Shown piece after piece: positions 11,976 through 22,920 of a stretch of DNA of 64,000 bases (position 1 is the stretch's first letter; the number at the start of each line of letters is the position of its first letter). Under the pieces are notes generated by a model. That model had not been told where the DNA came from, made no database searches, and saw nothing but the letters and a program-made list of their open reading frames with translations. A program made the position numbers and the translations under genes. The stretch is from NCBI GenBank assembly GCA_035084275.1, contig CM068748.1, forward strand, positions 6,262,001 to 6,326,000. The letters run 5' to 3'. The stretch comes from Hydrolagus colliei. Its lineage: Eukaryota.

Positions 11976-13579
11976 TAACCAAATTAATAAACGACCCAGT
12001 TGTAGAAGTTCCACTGTCACTCGGGAAACATTCCAACCAGCAAATGTCAGCGGGACTGACAGTTATTATTATTTATAGAAAATTATGTGAACAATTATGG
12101 GGAAGAGAGAAATTAGACAGGCTAAATCAGAACGAAGGAGAAAGAAAGAGAAAAAGGGGGTTAAGGGAGAGCAGGAAGGTTAAAGAAAGAATGCCATCAT
12201 TTCTATTTTTCTATTGGATATTAATGTCTTTACAGAGCAAGGTACTGTATATAGAAAGTGTTTCTGTGCACAAGAACAAATAAATATTTTAGTAAAAGCC
12301 TATTTAGTAAAACGATTTGAGATTCCTGCAATCATGTTATTTATGGCCTAGCTATTTTTAAATTTGTCAACCATTCAACACAGATTTATTATGTACATCC
12401 ACTTCAGCATCACTGTGCAATATTAGACAGTTTACTTGATTAAAAAAGTAGCATAGTTATCGATTGTGTGTCATAACAAAAACCTGCTATACAGGTTCAA
12501 AATTGTGCTCTAATTAAACAATTAACTTTTGCATGGAACACTCAAACTGAAATTCCCAGCATACATGGGAAGGCCACTAAGCAATTAAAGGAAAATAGGC
12601 ACACATCAGTTTAATAACCCTATAGTCACCTGCTGTCCGTCTTTGGCTGCCAAAACCGTGTACAGTACCTTATTAATGAGTAATAAAACTGAATTGCTGC
12701 AATTTAAATGTTGTACATTGCAATCAGTGCATAATAGGAGGTTATCAAGACTTTTTGATGACTAAACATGAGAATAGGGAGCTGGCAACACATATGTGAG
12801 AGACAAACACAGGCACACTCATCTGGCCCAGTTTCATTTAAGCCTCTTGAAGCTCACAGAAAAGAAGGTTAATGAAAAAAGCTTTAGCAAAAGGCTACCA
12901 TCACTGGATAAAACAAAAATCTCATTTAGAGATGGATAATCAGATTTATATGCCATTTCCCCTCAAACCCTCTGGTTAGGAGTAGCCTGCTGGTGGTATT
13001 TTATGTCATCTGCAGTTCTGACATTGGATGAAACCATCAGAACAATTTTTAATTTGACCTATATTTCTATTATTTCATGATTCTCTCATTAACAATTGAG
13101 TGAAATACCAAACAGATCATCTTCCTTGTGGCCATGAAAAAAAAACGCTGTGCAAATTGATAAAAGATTAACTCGTATAAAGCTAAAGGCTTGCTATTGC
13201 ACGAAGCTCATTCTTGCATATGTATCTCAGCCCTAGATATGGCAGGCTCTACCAACATTAGAAAAGGAGGGAGGAAAATGATTAGTAGAAGTTAAGAAGT
13301 TAAAATACTAAAATCCAGGGATTAAAAGGGTAAAGCATTGGTAAGATTGAAATAACGGAGTGAAGGTGATATATCAAATTATATCAGTATAGTTACCATA
13401 ACATATTCACAATCAAACTCTGTACACAGGATGTCACATACTTCTTCACAAACCCAGAAAACTGCAAGATGAAAGAGCTAGGCTTCTTGATTATAAATGA
13501 TCCATGATATGTTCTAATCATTGATGAGTGAAAAAAATGTAACTAGAAAAACAGAATACTAACAGAAGTTCTACTTGGA

Positions 13580-13755
13580 GGACATTTTAGAGGGATTTCC
13601 TCTTTGATCAAGCTTATGGCCACTTTCCCTCCCCCATCTCCCCCCCACTACCCTCCACCCAACTCGGAATTGGGCCAGGGTTAAGCCCTCTGAGATGCTA
13701 TGCTGCTTAGAGGGCACCATATAAGTGATAAGTGTAAGTTGTTGCTGTTGTTGTT
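13580..13755 (+). mobile_element. L2 3' end
   Basis: ttcctctttgatcaagcttatggc (FLFDQAYG), C-rich UTR, aagccctctgagatg...gtaagttgttgctgttg. Confidence 0.7.
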
Positions 13756-14319
13756 TTTCCCACAAGCATGTTGAACAGTTTTACTATTCTTCCTAGATTG
13801 GCTGTGGAACAACCAGTGTACTATTTCCGTAAGCTTGATGCAATGATGAATGATTACCTCAATTATTAAATTAAACACAATTAATACATTTCCACATGTT
13901 TTTGTTTGTTTGGTTTCATTTTTGTTTCATTTTCTCCAAAAGGCTGGGAGTGGATGGGACCAGTGCTATGGTTCTAAGTGCCCCTTATAGCATTCTACAA
14001 ATGAGAGCTTAGAGACTGATTGTTAATAAGTCACAGAAGTCAACACATGGCGGCGATCAGACAAACCCTTTTTCACTCTAAACCAAATTCCTACATCAAA
14101 CCATAAATAATTGCAAAATGAGAAGTGACTATTTTATCCAAACAATCAATTTCTTCCACAGATTGTGTATAATTTCTGACTTAAAATTGTTTATTTAATC
14201 GTTTCAAGGAAATTCATAATCACAGGCAAAGGTTCCAAGACGATAGTGCTTTTTGATATTTCTTCCTCATCTCTCCTTAAGGAAGTCTTTTAGGAAAATC
14301 AGGAAAGCAGTTAACATTG

Positions 14320-14590
14320 CAACACTGATCTCAGAGTGGGCTATAAAGTGATAACCGGTTGAGAGAAAATAAAACTGAAAATATGTTCAGGTACATCAAG
14401 ACTGCACGATAAAAGGGCACAGGTTATGAGTGATGGAATGGCAAGTTTAAGGTGGATACCAGAAGCAATTCATTTCAACAGAGGATAAAAAAACAGAATA
14501 ATTCATGGGGAATATGATTGAGGCAGGTACAATTGATCCTTTAAAAAGCAGCCTGATGGGAGACTAAGAGGGTAAACTTTCTAAATACTG
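14320..14590 (+). mobile_element. Old CR1 3' fragment
   Basis: aaagggcacagg...caagtttaaggtggataccagaagcaattcatttcaacagagg...gtgatt-like attgaggcaggtacaatt...tttaaaaagcagcctgat matches RGH..FFTQRV..VEAG.I..FK..LD. Confidence 0.65.
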
Positions 14591-16029
14591 TAGATGAAAT
14601 CATATGTGCTAAATGATTTTATATGAAATCATCCAAATCTCTCTTCTGATCAAAGTTGTGATGTAACAAACAATGACATGTTTATGTTTTTTTGCTTTTT
14701 AACAATCAAGCAACCATGCTGTTCTTTTTTAAAAAAAAATCCACTTAACACACCAAAGTTGTTATATCTGGACTATGTATGATATCTTGAAAAGTGGGAA
14801 AGAATTATTTCTTCAGTTAGGATTACTCATTTAATACTGTATAACACTATTATGAATGGTGTATTGAAACAATTGAAACAAAACTTATTTAAACAAAAGA
14901 CTCAATACAAAGGTCAACCAACATGATTAAAAAATGGTTCTACATTGTGTCTCGAGTTCCTTTGAATCTATTTTATATAATCTCAGTGAAATCTGGGCAT
15001 ATTTATCCAATTCATTTCATGCACTGCTGTATCTGCACATTTTTTTTGCTGAGGGAGGTTGACTTTCAACTCAGTAGTTTCACCAGATTGTTGGACACCT
15101 GAACACCAGTCTGCTAGATGCACAATACATTTGACAAAAATGCTATATTTCATAATTATAAAGCATATGACATACATTTTCCTCCAGTAAACACTTTGAC
15201 TTGAAAATACAGAATTCAACATACATAATATCTTGTGACTCATTGTAGTTATGTACTTTGTTCTTTTTGTGAGTGGATCAGCAGTTTCAAGACGTTTACA
15301 GATTTCAGTGAAAAGACCTTCACTTCTATGAACAATAACAATTTATTTCATTACTGATTTCTTCAGGATTATTACGTAGAAGAAAAGTTGTATTATTAAA
15401 ATTATCTTCCTGCAGAACTTTGATACCTAAGCCAAATGATTACAATCAATCTATTCAAATGGAGGATAAGAAGTGGTGATAAAGGACTATGTTTCAATTC
15501 AGCAGTGAACTAAAGAGGACACTGGAGAATCCTAGTGGCCTACTTTACTGCTGATATAATTTGAATGATTGACGGTGCAGGCATGTTTGTGAAATGCAGG
15601 AATAAAAATTCTGTTTGAATTTAGCAAGAGTTTGCCAAATGTGGTGGAGTAATAATAATTAGTAGTAATATTTGATATTACTCAATCTAGAATTAAATTA
15701 GGTGAAAAAAGCAATAATTGAACCTGTTGTGGAAAATCCCATATTTCAGCCCCAAAAGTTATTTATTTAGCATTATTGACAATTGGATAGAGTGTAACTC
15801 CATTTTTTAATATATGTATGTATGTATGTATTGAGTAATGATCAGCACTCATGTATTGCAGGACAATGCTAACTTATTGGCATTGGCAATTCAATAAATC
15901 TTCAGTGATGGGCGTGATGACTGATGCTACTCAGCAAAAAAATCTCTGAAACCCCAGACAATGTACTCTAGCTTCCAAACCTTAGCTATAGCAAAACAAA
16001 AGGTTAATAAGGATCAATTGGCAATTAAA

Positions 16030-16150
16030 TTATTAATAATACTTACATTTTATATAGTGTTTTTCATCTCGGGAGTATGTCTCAAAGCACATCAGAAAAT
16101 ACACTGCAAAGTCTGGTAATTGTATGTTTTGTAGGTGAACATAGCAGCTA
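16030..16150 (-). mobile_element. SINE 3' part
   Basis: aataatacttacattttatatagtgtttttcatctc...gtctcaaagcac. Confidence 0.7.
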
Positions 16151-16799
16151 ATTGCAGTGTCCCTCAAACAGTCGTGAAGTATTAGATATTGCACATATGA
16201 TGATAGATGGCTGGAAACAGGCATCTCTTTGAACAAGTGTGCATTTTTGTAGAATCTTACAGATTAGAAACAAATTCTAAGACACCTCTGAAACACCTTC
16301 CTCACCCTTTTCTTTGATGGTGTCAGCATACAGCTACTTGGTGTACTGTTGCACGTATGTACAAGATAATGCAATGTTTGGATAGGCAATTTTTGTTGGG
16401 TAATTCAGCTATAATTGTTTTTACTTATTAGCGTTTTTAACACTTACAATTTAATTCCAACATAATCTCTGGATTTATCAATGAGTTGATCAGACTTGGT
16501 GATATTTCTGTTTGATGTGCTGTAGATTTGTGTTCGTCTGAGATCTATACAAGAAAGAAAAAAATCAATAAGGTCTTAATCAAAAAATGAAACCAATATC
16601 AAGTAGAACTAGTATTGATTCCATCACTGTAGTATCTTGACGATTATACAACTCGGCCCTCTGAAAGGAACAAGAACATAGGAGTGGCTGTTACAAACAT
16701 GGAGGTTACAAACATACAAAAACTAAGGTTCTGTGTATATGTAGTGGAAGGTAATGATGCATCTTAAAAAGTGAACAGTCTGAAAGAAATTACTAAAGT

Positions 16800-17480
16800 A
16801 CTTAATCATTGTAGACAGTGGGTTGTTGTGATTCCCATACTTGTGGCCTTGTGTAATAAATTTCATCTGCTTTGACAAGGAAAGAAAGGGACCTGACCAC
16901 AACCTCGTGGTAAAAGTAATGGGGATTTCAAAGAAGAAAGATTATAACTAATCAATGGAATAAATTTATATTTCAATGAAGTGAAGAAGAGTTCTAGTAC
17001 TTGGGTACCAATTTAACCGCTAAGGAATCTAATTCTTTCCATGCTATATATCTAAATGTAATTATACGGATCCACATTGACAGTGAATCACATATCTTCT
17101 TATTGCAAACAAGCTAAGCATATCCTAAGGTTCTGCATCTATATACTGTACATCAACATTTAAAAATATACTGTATTACCAGGTATTACATCCTGATCAC
17201 TCTCAATCAGTACAGTGAAGGAACCATTCACACAAATCTATGAAAGTGACTAACTATGCAGTTGAAGAAGAGCACGATAAAATTATTCGTATAGATAATA
17301 TAACTTAGCTAGTATAGGAAGATAATTAATTAAACTGATAATATTTGGTCTTGTGTGGGGTGACAATGATGATGACAAGAGCTAAAAGGTGAATGTATTC
17401 AGTTTAATATACAAGGTTTGGCTAAAGACATGTATACAATACTTTATAAAAGGTATTGTAGTTGTTATTATTTAGATAAC
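16800..17480 (+). mobile_element. Very decayed CR1 RT fossil (tentative)
   Basis: gctttgacaagg (AFDK), cctaaggttctgca...ctgtacatcaac (PQGS...YIN) and cagtttaatatacaag (QFN..K) appear in the correct order. Confidence 0.35.
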
Positions 17481-18872
17481 ACTAGGCATTGATTAACATC
17501 TCTTCTAGTCAGCTGTTCCATAATTAAGACAATGTTGTGCACCTTGAAAATTCAATAAAACGTTAGAAAACCACAGTTCAATCATGGGTTTTTTTCTGTG
17601 TGAGAAAACGCACTCACCAAATGTTTGGGGTACAATTTCATTTCAGACTACAAATTGAATTCAGTGTAAACCATTATAGTCTCTATTACTGCATAGAAGC
17701 ACCAATCTCTGGGTGAATAAATTGCTATTCTTCAGAGTAGTTGTGCAAATTACAGAGTGTTGTAAACAGCAATCAAATAAATATTAATCATATCATAGAT
17801 GATATACACATAAAGATGTGCCTGCAACATAAAATCATTGCACTATCTGAAAAGATAAAAATGATGAATACGTATTGGAAACTAAAGGAAAGGAAACGAC
17901 AGTGAAGTGAATCTTTTCTGTGAACCGACCTATAAAGAAAAACAAATGGAACATATTTGAGACCGATGAGAGGATGCTCTAGATTAAAATACATCAACAT
18001 TTAAGATTACACTGTATTTTTTGATAACATTTTGAATGGTAAAAATAGTATAACGGATTTTAGGAAATGACCATTTAAATAAATAGTGCAAGCATCACAG
18101 TACCCTGTAAAGACACGATATAAAAAAGTTTGAATTATATTAGGCTATTCAAGAGGATTTATAATTCCAATATGTTATTATACAAACTAAAGGATTGCCA
18201 GTGGACTATAACATCTAGGTTGGTAAAACTTTTTTCAATCTTGTTACATCTGCCTTTATTTTCCTTTACTACTAATTCCCTTCTATCTAGTTACATGTGT
18301 GGAATCTGTAAGGATATGTGCGAATGCGGGGAGGAGTTTGGGCAATAAATTGAATAATTGAATGTATTGTATGCTTTGCTTGAGTGGTATGTAGAAATTT
18401 ACTGCACTGATTTATTGCATTGGCTTTTAACACAATATTTTTCTATGGGTAGTCAGATGCTTCTTTCTGCTTCTGGTTCCTTCACTTTTACCTGATCCTT
18501 AGGCCCATTCAGAACTGTTTTACTGTGTGTAGGTTGAAGGATTACTGCATACCTGAACCAAATAGTACTGCTTTGTTAGACAATATCACTTTTCACAATT
18601 TGTCAATGAAATTACATTTTCAGCATAGATATGCAGTATCCAATGAACACATCTGGTAGTGACTTATTTATTGTTTTATAGGAGTTAACTGCCTCATTTA
18701 CAGTATGTTAAGGTGTTCTGCAATAATTGGATTGCTAAACTTTATGAATAGGAGTTACATTCTCAGGAATCTTTGCATGAGCATTTCCTCTGTTAAAGGT
18801 AAAAATGGCCAAAAATCACCTGATGAATTCATAAAGGAGCCGATGGTTTGAAACCAGCTGGGTGATTTATTT

Positions 18873-19115
18873 GAGTCCTGTAGCTCAGTGCTTAGAATAC
18901 TCACTTCACAAGTGAGAGACCTGGGTTCGATTCCCGGCAGGGTGAAACCTTAGGCAAGTTTTCTTACCTCACAGGTCACTCAATCCACAACTACCTGTGG
19001 GACAACTGGCTGCCACATTTCGCCCATAAAATAAATTGGATTCACTATTTTCTGTGAAGCGCTTTGAGACAGCTAGAAGATGTGAAAAGTGCTATATCAA
19101 ATGCAAGTATTACTA
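18873..19115 (+). mobile_element. Younger tRNA-head SINE with an internal deletion
   Basis: gagtcctgtagctcagtg...ctcacttcacaagtgag...gggttcgattccc; tail gtgaagcgctttgagac...atcaaatgcaag. Confidence 0.9.
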
Positions 19116-19224
19116 TATTGTTATTTACTATTACTTAGGAAGAGGCGTCATGGTTGGCAGAAGTAAAGAAGGATTTTAAATACATAGCAAGCAAATTTGA
19201 GGCAAAGTGTCCAATACAATTCAT

Positions 19225-19285
19225 ATAATAATCCTTGCATTTGATATAGTGCTTTTCACATCTTATCGACGTCTCAATATGGACA
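19225..19285 (-). mobile_element. SINE tail
   Basis: ataataatccttgcatttgatatagtgcttttcacatcttatcgacgtctca. Confidence 0.75.
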
Positions 19286-19664
19286 AGAGATAAGGTACAA
19301 AGAGACATTCCATCTCTTAGAATGACCCAGGGCAACTCATTGTTTCATTTCATCAACCCTCTCTGACATACTAATGTTACTCATAATCTCTGCAGTATCT
19401 AATGAATGATGCATGTGAGATAGTCTGCATATACTAGAGCTCTATAAAATACTAATCAGTTGTACATTTATGAAGTATGTAAATAATGTTTTACGAGTCA
19501 CACGTAGTTGATTTATTAAAGATTTTTATCCACCAAAATGACTTCTAAAAACGGAATAGCATAATCTTGCTTCTACAAAATTTGGAAGCCAATAATATTT
19601 CTAGCAGTTGGTTTGACAATTGGAGTTGCTCAGTTGCAGTTATAGAATATGTTTTAGATAATAA

Positions 19665-19790
19665 TAGCAATAATTCTTGCATTTGATATAGCACTTTACA
19701 TGTCTTCTAGATGTCTCAAATTGCTTCACAGAATATACTCCAAAGTAAATTGACTGTGTACGTATGGGCGAAATATACAATTCAAATCAT
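19665..19790 (-). mobile_element. SINE 3' part
   Basis: taattcttgcatttgatatagcac...gatgtctcaaattgcttcacagaatatac...tgggcgaaat. Confidence 0.75.
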
Positions 19791-20689
19791 GGCATTCCTA
19801 CTTTCTTTCATTAACTATACCCAGACGTTACAAAGTAAATACAAGATATGTAAAATAAATTGCTACAATAGTGATATTCAAACCCATTCTTACAATAATA
19901 TCCCCCTAAGAACTATAATCAGTATTGTATTATATTATGCATCAGACATACCAAGCAATTGGTATAAACACAGTTTCTTTAATTAATTTTCAATTTCTAG
20001 ACGTTCTAATTGCCACATAATGAAGGCACCTGATTTTTCAGGTGCTCGTAGGACTAATTAAAAATGACCTCTAAGAGCTATGCCAGAGATGAAAGAGGCA
20101 AAGACGTTATCTCGGCATCTGCTATGTTTAGCTTCCTCTGTGTGCTGGAGATTGAATAATTGGAATCTTTAAAGTCTAAAAAGCAGACATTTAATTAACA
20201 TTGTCTTAACATTAAGACAGCAAGGCGTAAATATACTAATGTAAATTTCTCAAAGAGGAAAAATTATTTTTTGAAAAATAGTCCTTAAGCAACATTACAA
20301 ATCAGTTCCACCATGAATTATAAATGAATACACTTCTCTCTATTAAATACAATGGTGAATCACTCTTTAAATTAAAATACAATCACATTTTGGTCATATC
20401 AGGAACCTATTGTGTGAGATGTCAGGATATTGTGAGATTCAAAATGACTGTAGTGGTGAAATATAAAAGATAATCTGACTTTAACAAGACATGACTGAGA
20501 AGAACTTGTGAATTAGGCTGCATGGGGTGTTAAGCATTGGAAGCCAATCATGGAGGCACTCAGAAATTTCCCGTTATCCCATCTTGTCAGTCCACCCATG
20601 AACTTGAACAAGATAAGATCCAGGTGCATGTATGACCATAATGTAAATGATGTTATGCTATATCTCTGAGGAAATACAATGAATTATGG

Positions 20690-20945
20690 AAAGACACCAA
20701 ATATGAAAACAGAATACAGTAGATATATATTCTCTGAGGCTGAACGGAACTAATCTGGAAAATATGTTGAGGGTTGAGTGACATTCAGGCAAATCCTTTT
20801 CTGAAGGGGAAATAGATATGGGGGAAGTGATGGATGCATCTGTGTTTATGGAGAAAGTATAAGTTATCCATAAAATAGTCACTGAGACCCATAAAACAGT
20901 CACTAAGAAGCTGGAGTATTTGAAGGTTCATAAAACAGGTACTAA
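20690..20945 (+). mobile_element. Decayed CR1 ORF2 fragment upstream of the RT
   Basis: gcatctgtgtttatggagaaa (ASVFMEK, cf. ASVFTKE) and aagaagctggagtatttgaaggttcataaa (KKLEYLKVHK, cf. KRLMSLKVDK). Confidence 0.5.
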
Positions 20946-21780
20946 AATAATTCAGTAAATGTAAGGGTGAAAATTCTTATGACATTGACTTGAAGCCAGT
21001 ACAATAAAAACACAGCTATTAAAATGCAGAAGTCTGTCTCTGGAAACTATCAGTCTGCTAGTGGAAATTTATACAGGTATGGTGAAAACATGTTGAAAAC
21101 CAACAACACTGGATGAGAGACAAGGAATTTTTTAATATCCTTGATATTTGGTATAGAGCTTTTCTCTACAGGAAAATAACCCAAAGTGCTTCATAGGAAA
21201 TACTATAAAATGCAGTGCCATTTATTTGTTCTTTAATATGTGGGTGTCATGGCATACAACAAGCTGAATGATGTGGAGTGAAAAAAAAACTAGTGGCTCA
21301 CATAATCTTCTGCACTTAGCGTGTCAATGACAGTGGCTAGAATGCTTGATTTTTCTGGCAGCAACACTGGCAAGACGTCCATGTTTGTGCCTGAAACACA
21401 AGAATTCCTGCAGCTGTAACTCAACACCTGTATCAGTCTGAGCTTTTTGCATTGTACAAATAGTGGAACTTTGTGATATACTTGTGCTAGCCATTTTTTG
21501 CTTCTATGTTTGTACATAAACTTAACATCACAACAACAACAACAAAATTACACATGTATAATGCCTTCCTAGGTGACTGAACCCACATCAGGCCAAGGAA
21601 ATGGTCTAAATTAGATCATTGGGTAGCAACACACATTTTCTATGGCTGTGCTCCCAGCAACAACCACAGTCAATTTACACTTGTTACATTTTTCCAGCTG
21701 TTATTTCACTTAATATACCAGAAAAAAATTCTATCTTGTGTTAAAGTTATGCAGTGTGGAAACTTGTAGCTGAATTATAC

Positions 21781-22023
21781 AAAACACAAAGTACTACAGA
21801 TACTGGGAATCTGAAATAGAAGTTGCTGGAGAAACTCAGCAGGTCAGGCAGCATCCAAGGAGAAAGGAAAATGAGTCAACTTTTCGGGTCTACAACCCTT
21901 CGTCAGAACTGGGGCTTGTTATTAGAGCCCCAGTTGTGATGAAGGGTTGTAGACCTGAAACATTGACTCATTTTCCTTTCTCCATGGATGCTGCCTGACC
22001 TGCTGAGTTTCCCCAGCAACTTC
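21781..22023 (-). mobile_element. Hammerhead mini-retroelement copy 3, with an inverted 5' duplicate
   Basis: Perfect 16-bp TSD tgtagctgaattatac (21765-21780, 22024-22039). Arms 21819-21916 and 21926-22023 are 98-bp inverted repeats (7 mismatches, 9-nt loop). Longer 3' tail ttcagattcccagtatctgtagtactttgtgtttt. Confidence 0.9.
21873..21911 (-). ncRNA. Minimal type-I hammerhead ribozyme, best-preserved copy
   Basis: CAGTT CTGACGA A GGGTT GTA GACCC GAAA AGTT GACTC: core CUGANGA and GAAA intact, stems I and II pair, one substitution in the helix III palindrome. Confidence 0.6.
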
Positions 22024-22534
22024 TGTAGCTGAATTATACTATAGTTTGGATTTATGCAGTATCTTGCTTGAGTGAGTAATAATAGTAGAGACCGATTACT
22101 GATAGAAGAGACAAAATAGCTAATAATAATTTTATTCTATAACTACGAAGGAAAAATTAATCATTATAAACAAATTATATCAGACTACAATTACCAAAAA
22201 TGAATGAAACTAAGCATCCTCCAAGAAAAAATGTCTATTGTAATAAAGTTCTACATATTGAAAGCCGATTTTGTTTATTCATGATGCATATGATATGCAA
22301 TTAAAATTCTTCTGCTCTTGTTTGTACTAGATAATGTTCTGGTTTTACAATTATTGCACAGAAAATTGAATCAATCCATCTCTTTGAAACTTTTAAATTT
22401 GATCATTTCTATGTCATTAGCTGAGTAACATAACAAATAACGTGAATTGTTAATCTGTTAGTTGAATATTGGTTAATTCAGTTTATTGAATAGGATTTGT
22501 AAATCCCAAACCATTTACACACCTCATCTAAGAA

Positions 22535-22920
22535 TATAGATTGTTGCAAGGATGTCTCAAAACCCTTCAGAGGAGTAGAATAAAGTGGAGTGCCTACATA
22601 TTTGTAGGCAAACGATGGTAGCACAGTTGTGCACAACAATGTCCCACAAACAGCCATGGAGTGAGTGACCAATCTTATTTGGGGGATTATTGGCCAGAAC
22701 AGTAGGAGAAACTCCCTTATCTTTTTGAGTAATGCCATAGGATGTTTAACTTCTACCTGGACAGGCAACCTGACCTTGGTTTAATGTCACAGCTGAAAGA
22801 CAGCACCTCTAACAACGCAGCGTAACCCCAACACTGCATTGGAGTGACAGTGGAAAACATCCATATAGATTAGATGTATATTTCCTTGAATCAGAGGCAA
22901 GAGTGCTACCACTGAGTCAA
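22535..22920 (-). mobile_element. Near full-length old DeuSINE (SacSINE1/AmnSINE2-like)
   Basis: Reverse complement: gactcagtggtagcactcttgcctctgattc...cactccaatgcagtg...gaggtgctgtctttc...acattaaaccaagg...cctatggcatt...gggagtttctcc...gctgtttgtgggacattg. Confidence 0.85.

Noticed and set aside
18813-18868. aaatcac-CTGATGA...GAAA-ccagctgg-gtgattt, resembling a hammerhead
   Set aside because: No pairable stem II and no valid NUH triplet before the 3' strand of stem I.
18873-18945. Cloverleaf-like tRNA (Val-type anticodon arm ctcac-ttcacaa-gtgag), and similar heads at 4735-4808, 7010-7073, 28747, 38913, 42712 and 44410
   Set aside because: Each runs directly into the same SINE linker and varies freely at the anticodon; these are SINE heads, not tRNA genes.
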